A stretch of 41,762 nucleotides of DNA from Gemmatimonadota bacterium (GTDB lineage: Bacteria > Gemmatimonadota > Gemmatimonadetes > Palauibacterales > KS3-K002), in contig JBDHJS010000053.1 of the NCBI GenBank assembly GCA_039586795.1, forward strand, positions 1 through 41,762, written 5' to 3'. Below the pieces are notes generated by a model. That model saw only the letters and a list, made by a program, of their open reading frames with translations, ran no database searches and was not told where the DNA came from. Positions 36,286 through 41,762 of this stretch are shown piece by piece (the first letter of the stretch is position 1; each line of letters begins with the position of its first letter). The position numbers and the translations under genes are program-made.

Positions 36286-36362
36286 CAACTCGTGAATGGG
36301 CAAAAGACCCACACCACGGAATTCAGTTGGAACGGCCGGCAATCGGGAAGGTTGGACTGAGA

Positions 36363-36737
36363 TTGGGCAGGAAGATCGTTGTGGTGGATGACGATCGCTT
36401 GGTCTTGCAGAGCGTATCGGTTGCGCTGGAGGAGAGCGGGTTCGAGGTATGGGCAACCGATTCAACCGAGAAGGCGGTTGAGCTGAGCCGGGAAGTTGAG
36501 CCGGATGTAGTGGTGACAGACTTCAGGATGCCGGGTATGGATGGGGTATCGTTGCTCGAGCAACTGGAGGAGCAGGCGGCGGTTCGGCTGATGCTGGTGT
36601 ACAGTGCGACGCCGCCGCCTAGGGGCCGGCTGACTCGGCGATTGCGTGAGGTGCACTGGGTAGCGAAATCAGCTGGGCACGAAGGCCTTCTCGGGAAGCT
36701 CTACGATATTCTGGAGGACAGCGTTGACCGGCGATAG
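36363..36737 (+). CDS. Single-domain response regulator (receiver)
   Basis: KIVVVDDD, phospho-Asp in VVTDFRMPGMDG, YSA, VAK. Start uncertain (TTG 36363 or 36327). Confidence 0.85.
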   Translation: MGRKIVVVDDDRLVLQSVSVALEESGFEVWATDSTEKAVELSREVEPDVVVTDFRMPGMDGVSLLEQLEEQAAVRLMLVYSATPPPRGRLTRRLREVHWVAKSAGHEGLLGKLYDILEDSVDRR

Positions 36738-38580
36738 GTCCTGGCGGTCGTTGTGGAAGAGGGCGCCGCTTTGGAGCGGGCTCGGTCGCCGGATACTGCT
36801 GTGGTTCCTCGTACTTTCGCTCGTCCCTCTGTTCGTCTCGAATAGCGTTGGCTACGTCGTAAGCCGCGGGATCATTGACCGGCAGATACGACGCTATCTG
36901 CGCGCTCTCGCCGATGTTCAAGCTCAGCAAGTGACCGCAGAAGTCGAGCGCCATCAGGTATTGCTTGAGGGCATTGCCGCTGGCAACCGTACTCTCTTTC
37001 AGGGAATCCCCTCGGCGACCGCATCGCTGCAGACTGGGGGGCGCGAGGAAACGTCTCTTACAGAAATCCGGGCGCACCTCGCTCACGAACTCGAGGAACT
37101 GAGGTCGCTAGCCGAACTCTTTGTCATCGACACGGCTGGACTGGTGATCGCGGCGACCATCAGTGGCCGGCATGGACAGGACTGGTCGGGCACCGAGCTC
37201 TTCCGCCGCGGCCGCGTCGAGCGGTACTTCGCTGCGGAGCGCGACATGTGGGGCCGCCACTCCGAGCCTCTATACCGGCTGGCGGTTCCGATACGGGACG
37301 AGCAGCAGAGACTGTCCGGCGTGCTCGGTGGCTCGGTGAGTTTCGACGGGCTTCGAACGTTCCTGAGGCTTCCCGAGCATCCGGCTGTCGACGTCCACGC
37401 CTTCATCGTAGACCGCCAGGGTTACCCCGTGTTCTTCTCGCATTTGCACACCCCCTTTGACTTCGAGCGGTCTCTCCCATCGCCGCTGATCGATCAGCCG
37501 CCGGGCTCGATGGCCCGCTACGTCAACTATGAAGGCGTCGAGGTCGTCGGCACTTCGGTAGAGGTACCTGATCTTCCGTGGATGTTCATCTCCGAGGTTT
37601 CGGTAGCCAGCGCCCTTGGTGAACTCCGTGGCCTTGCGCTGCTGGCCGCCGCGATTGAGAGCGTATTCGCCCTCCTACTTGTGGCTGTGGTCTGGACCGT
37701 GGCGCGGTCAATCGTCACTCCCCTACGGCGCTTGGTCGGTGCGGCCGAGCGTATTCGCGAGGGCGATCTGGGTGTCGAAGTCGAGATAGAACGAGACGAT
37801 GAACTGGGCCATCTCGGCCATACATTCAATCAGATGTCCAGCGAGCTTCAAGCGTCGACGCACCAAATCGAGGAGCTTCACGAGCAGGAGATGCGTCGGG
37901 CGGCACAGCTGGCCTCCGTGGGCGAGTTAGCGTCGGGGATAGCGCACGAGATAAAGAACCCGCTCGTCGGTCTGGCAAGTGGGGTCGATCTTCTCTCGAA
38001 ACAACTTGGGGAAGATCCAAAATCGGCGGCTGTTCTGGATTTGATTTACGCGCAAGTCCGCCGTATCGAGTCGGCAATACAAGATTTGCTCAGCTACGCC
38101 AGTCCTAAAGAGCCTCTTCTTACTTGGACGGACCCGAAGCTGCTGGTGGAAAAGCTCGTCGCCCTGGTGCGTCATCAGGCCGAGGCAGCGGACGTGCGAA
38201 TAGAGCAGCAGATCGCTGACTCAGTTCCAACAATCCGAGTCGACCCGGAACTTCTCTCCCAAGCGCTGGTCAACCTCGCTCTCAATGCAATCCAGGCGAT
38301 GGGGCCGGGCGGTGTACTTCAGGCTTCACTCGAAGCCACCGACAACGCGGTGCTCTTCTCGATCTCCGATACTGGAGCGGGGATCTACCCCGATGACGTA
38401 GACCGGATCTATCGACCGTTTTACACCACTAAACATCAAGGCACAGGACTTGGCCTGGCAATCACAAGAGGGATCGTAGAGCGCCACGGTGGCCGGATCG
38501 AGATCGAGAGCAGGCCAGGCGAAGGCTCGACGTTCACTCTCGTCATACCGGCGAAACCGCAGGAGGCACTTGTGCCATGA
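36724..38580 (+). CDS. Sensor histidine kinase (TM-dCache-TM-HAMP-HisKA-HATPase)
   Basis: Two TM helices flanking a ~270-aa Cache-like domain; HAMP (PLRRL...DELGHLG..FNQM), AHEIKNPL, NLALNAIQA, DTGAG, PFYTTK..GTGLGL. Confidence 0.93.
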   Translation: MTGDRSWRSLWKRAPLWSGLGRRILLWFLVLSLVPLFVSNSVGYVVSRGIIDRQIRRYLRALADVQAQQVTAEVERHQVLLEGIAAGNRTLFQGIPSATASLQTGGREETSLTEIRAHLAHELEELRSLAELFVIDTAGLVIAATISGRHGQDWSGTELFRRGRVERYFAAERDMWGRHSEPLYRLAVPIRDEQQRLSGVLGGSVSFDGLRTFLRLPEHPAVDVHAFIVDRQGYPVFFSHLHTPFDFERSLPSPLIDQPPGSMARYVNYEGVEVVGTSVEVPDLPWMFISEVSVASALGELRGLALLAAAIESVFALLLVAVVWTVARSIVTPLRRLVGAAERIREGDLGVEVEIERDDELGHLGHTFNQMSSELQASTHQIEELHEQEMRRAAQLASVGELASGIAHEIKNPLVGLASGVDLLSKQLGEDPKSAAVLDLIYAQVRRIESAIQDLLSYASPKEPLLTWTDPKLLVEKLVALVRHQAEAADVRIEQQIADSVPTIRVDPELLSQALVNLALNAIQAMGPGGVLQASLEATDNAVLFSISDTGAGIYPDDVDRIYRPFYTTKHQGTGLGLAITRGIVERHGGRIEIESRPGEGSTFTLVIPAKPQEALVP

Positions 38581-39956
38581 ACGCTCGAACTGTGGTCGCT
38601 GTCGTTGACGACGAGGAGCTCTTCCGAAGCTGGCTGAAGGAACACCTCGGCACGGCCGGCTACGCAGTAAGTGAAGCGGCGACGGGCGGCGAAGCTCTAC
38701 GTGTTGCAGCAGTAGAGAGCCCGGCGTTAATGCTACTCGACCTGCGGCTCCCCGATGCCGATGGCCTCGATCTCGTCACTCGACTTCATGAGATCGACCG
38801 TGATCTGGTGGTCATAATCGTAACGGCCTATGGACAGGTACAGACGGCCGTTCGGGCGGTGAAGGCCGGGGCATACCATTTCCTCGAGAAACCCGTGGAT
38901 CTGGACGACCTGCTCATCACTATCGAGAAGGGATTGGAAGCTCAGCGTCTTCGCCGGGAGATCGCGGCCCTCCGTACGCAGCATCGCTGGCAATTTGCCA
39001 ACGTCGAGTTTGTGGGCCGCTCTGGCGCCGCGCGAGAGCTTGCCGAGACGGTGGAGAAGGTGGCGCGCACGGAGGCGGCCACAGTTCTGCTCCAGGGAGA
39101 GAGCGGCACGGGCAAGGATCTCGTAGCGCGCGCCATTCACGCCCGCAGTAGTCGCAAGGATCAACCCTTCCTAGAGATCAACTGCACGACACTGCCTGAA
39201 CAGCTCGTAGAAGCGGAACTTTTTGGCCACGAACGCGGTGCTTTCACTGACGCGCGCGAGCGAAAGAAGGGCCTTGCTGAACTGGCTGACGGGGGAACGC
39301 TCCTGCTGGACGAAATCGGAGACATGTCGCTCGGCGCTCAGGCCAAGCTGCTGCGGTTCCTTGAAGATTCGAGGTTCAGACGGTTGGGAGGCACTGCCGA
39401 CATACCGGTTAACGTGCGGGTTATTGCCGCGACCAACCAAAAGCTGGACGTGGCGGTGGGAGAAGGGAGGTTTCGAAGCGACCTGTATTACCGGCTCAAA
39501 GTCGTCGACCTCTATGTTCCTCCGTTGCGTGAACGTCCAGAGGATTGCGCGCCACTGGCTCTCTACTTCGTTGAACAATTGGCCCGTGATCTGAAACGTG
39601 AGCCACCCACCGTAACCCCAGAGGCGATCCGTGTCCTGGAAGCTTACCATTGGCCAGGAAACATTCGCGAGCTTCGAAACGTGCTCGAGCGTTTGCTTAT
39701 CTTCGAAGAGACGGTCAATATCCTTCCGGAACACTTGCCGTTAGAGATCCGCCGTGCTGCTCTACCTACCAATGGAGAACGTCATATCGTCCAGCTCCCC
39801 GCCGAAGGCTTTCGCATGGAGGATGTTGAGCGCAATGCTATCGAGCAGGCCCTCGTGCGAACGGGCGGCAATGTGGCAGGTGCGGCTCGCTTGCTTGGTC
39901 TGAGCCGGGACACTCTCCGTTATCGAATAAAGAAGTACGAACTAAGGACGTCTTAG
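38577..39956 (+). CDS. Sigma-54-dependent response regulator (NtrC/AtoC family)
   Basis: Receiver (VVDDE, LLDLRLPD), GESGTGKD, ELFGHERGAFTDA, LLDEIG, FRSDLYYRL, WPGNIREL, Fis-type HTH; ATGA overlap with the kinase. Confidence 0.95.
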   Translation: MNARTVVAVVDDEELFRSWLKEHLGTAGYAVSEAATGGEALRVAAVESPALMLLDLRLPDADGLDLVTRLHEIDRDLVVIIVTAYGQVQTAVRAVKAGAYHFLEKPVDLDDLLITIEKGLEAQRLRREIAALRTQHRWQFANVEFVGRSGAARELAETVEKVARTEAATVLLQGESGTGKDLVARAIHARSSRKDQPFLEINCTTLPEQLVEAELFGHERGAFTDARERKKGLAELADGGTLLLDEIGDMSLGAQAKLLRFLEDSRFRRLGGTADIPVNVRVIAATNQKLDVAVGEGRFRSDLYYRLKVVDLYVPPLRERPEDCAPLALYFVEQLARDLKREPPTVTPEAIRVLEAYHWPGNIRELRNVLERLLIFEETVNILPEHLPLEIRRAALPTNGERHIVQLPAEGFRMEDVERNAIEQALVRTGGNVAGAARLLGLSRDTLRYRIKKYELRTS

Positions 39957-40708
39957 GCCTTTCGCGCGATTGCGATGAGCCGTGCCGCCTCGGGGCCGTA
40001 GGGATTTCCTTTCAGATCGCCATAAAGATCGACGGTGGAAAACCCAACCTTCTGCAACATTTCTTTAAACTCGCGGCCGGAGTAGATCCAGTGCCTGAGG
40101 CCAAACGAGCGCACCGCCCCATCTTTTATGAGCAGCCACTCGTTCTCCATCTGACTCCAATCGTTGATAGCTTGACGACGCTGAACGATCAGCGATCCGT
40201 CTGGAAGCTCGTTTGAGTTCGTGTTCAGAAAGATCTTTGCGAGGACCTCCTTACCCATCATGTCGAAAACAAACACGCCGCCGGGCTTGAGGCTCTCGTG
40301 GACGTTGCGAAGCACCTTCAGATTCTCTTCGTCATCGTCGAAATAGCCGAGCGACGTCAGCATACTGATGGCGATGTCGAAAGCGCCGGGTCGGACGAAG
40401 TCTCGCATGTCAACGTGTAGCAGTTCGATCTCCACCCCCTCCGCGTCGGCATAGGTCCGCAATTTGTCCATCAAGAAGGGTGTGATGTCGACACCGGTCA
40501 CCTCGAACCCTCGTTTGGCGTAGGGGACGGAAAAGCGGCCCGGCCCGCTGCCCACGTCGAGCAATGTGCCTTCGGTCACTCCGCTCAACTCGATGATCTT
40601 GTCGACTTGCTCAGTCGCGGACTCGAAGCTGCTGTCCGGGAACATGAACGGGTAGGTCTCCGCCCATAGCGATTTGTCCGCGTACCAGTCGCCAGGTGCT
40701 CCGTCCAT
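39953..40708 (-). CDS. Class I SAM-dependent methyltransferase
   Basis: LLDVGSGPGR, VTGVDI, DMRDF, TSLGYF, LKPGGVFVFD; start ATG 40708 after GAGGT. Confidence 0.9.
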   Translation of the reverse strand: MDGAPGDWYADKSLWAETYPFMFPDSSFESATEQVDKIIELSGVTEGTLLDVGSGPGRFSVPYAKRGFEVTGVDITPFLMDKLRTYADAEGVEIELLHVDMRDFVRPGAFDIAISMLTSLGYFDDDEENLKVLRNVHESLKPGGVFVFDMMGKEVLAKIFLNTNSNELPDGSLIVQRRQAINDWSQMENEWLLIKDGAVRSFGLRHWIYSGREFKEMLQKVGFSTVDLYGDLKGNPYGPEAARLIAIARKA

Positions 40709-40833
40709 CGATACCTCGATTCGGGTAGTCGGCCACGTCAGAGGATGGTGTGCACCTCTTCCCATAGCAAAGGCGCGGAGCAATGACAACCTCCAGGTGG
40801 GCGCGCCGGATCGGCGCGACACGATTCGGTGAG

Positions 40834-41762
40834 CTATTTCGCGAGAGACCCTGGCCGCGAAGCGCCTTTCCTCAACTCGTACTTCATCACCCTCTCGGTA
40901 TCGAGCTCATCACGCCAGACACCAAGCACGTAGTCAGACCCGATCTCCGTCACCGTACCATCCGCCGGTATCTCTACCAGCCCCAGGTATCGACCTTCAG
41001 AGTCGAATACGGACCATTCAGGCGCCTCTTCACTGAGCCGGAACTCCTGGACCCAGAGATTCCCCTCCAGGTCGGCCAGCAATGATCGATACGCTGGCAT
41101 CGTCTCCGGCAACGGGGCGGGGGCTTCGATGCGGCCGCCCATACGCTTAAGCATCTCCAACGTACGCTGTCGGGATCTCTCTGCTACTTCGGCGGAGATC
41201 GGTCGATTGGCGACCAAGCGTCGAATGATTCGATCCAGCGTACCGCTGCTCGAATAGACGTCGATTTCGTAACTGTCTGTTGAGCCGATGTACCAACGGT
41301 CCTCGGCGACAGCAAACTGAGTGCTCCGCCCATAAGCGAGAGGCGCGCTGAACCTGAAGTTGTCGGCGCCGTTGGCTTGATAGAACTCCTCGGCAGGAAA
41401 CAGTCCAACCGTGTCGATTACTTCACCGTCGAGTGAGTGTAGGCAGTAGGCCATGTCGTACCGCTTGGCTCCAGGCTGTCCGGCCATCTCGCCGTACACG
41501 TAGGAACGCGCAAGGATGCGCGCATCGCCTAGCCGCCCTATCGCATGGGTCGACCCCTCACCGCAATCAGCACTGAGCCTTGCTGTTCGTCCGAACTGGC
41601 CCGCGTGGCTGAACACGGAGAGGCGCGCTTGGCCATAATCGTAGACGGCTATCGAATCGCGACCGAATCTCCAGATTCGACCCATGCGGGAAAACTCGCC
41701 CGGGCCGCCCCCCTCTTGCCCGGTAGCCTTCAGAAACTTGCCGGAGGAATCGTAGAACCGGA
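40834..41762 (-). CDS. 6-bladed beta-propeller protein (partial; 5' end beyond the window)
   Basis: The frame stays open to the window edge (RFYDSSGKFLKATGQEGGGPGEF) and aligns with the 17070-18272 paralog, including WSVFD...DELDTERV. Confidence 0.85.
   Translation of the reverse strand, partial: RFYDSSGKFLKATGQEGGGPGEFSRMGRIWRFGRDSIAVYDYGQARLSVFSHAGQFGRTARLSADCGEGSTHAIGRLGDARILARSYVYGEMAGQPGAKRYDMAYCLHSLDGEVIDTVGLFPAEEFYQANGADNFRFSAPLAYGRSTQFAVAEDRWYIGSTDSYEIDVYSSSGTLDRIIRRLVANRPISAEVAERSRQRTLEMLKRMGGRIEAPAPLPETMPAYRSLLADLEGNLWVQEFRLSEEAPEWSVFDSEGRYLGLVEIPADGTVTEIGSDYVLGVWRDELDTERVMKYELRKGASRPGSLAK

Overview
GC-rich bacterial window. The gene content (SARP-TPR sensor, 6-bladed propeller lipoproteins, PadR/ADOP permeases, orphan nuoB) suggests Gemmatimonadota or an Acidobacteriota-like lineage; this is inference, not a database result. 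The left half holds secreted peptidases, a TetR-fadN-fadA-fadE beta-oxidation locus with two visible palindromic operators and an apparent CTG start on the TetR gene, an orphan nuoB, ggt, a membrane Ser/Thr kinase and an M23 peptidase. In the middle, a PadR gene is flanked by two broken ABC permeases, and at ~25950 two convergent genes both lose their natural ends. The highlight is 26343-39956, a minus-strand respiratory cluster with 17 CxxCH motifs. It encodes a tandem-duplicated tetraheme lipoprotein, a QrcABCD/ACIII-like core (pentaheme, Tat molybdopterin-family subunit with an apparently degenerate active site, 4x[4Fe-4S] subunit, ActC-like NrfD), two tetrahemes built from 'WN-x4-M' domains and a small membrane protein. 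It is divergent from a receiver/dCache kinase/sigma-54 activator operon, and the spacer shows back-to-back sigma-54 promoters sharing a double UAS. No rRNA, tRNA, CRISPR or transposase was recognised.
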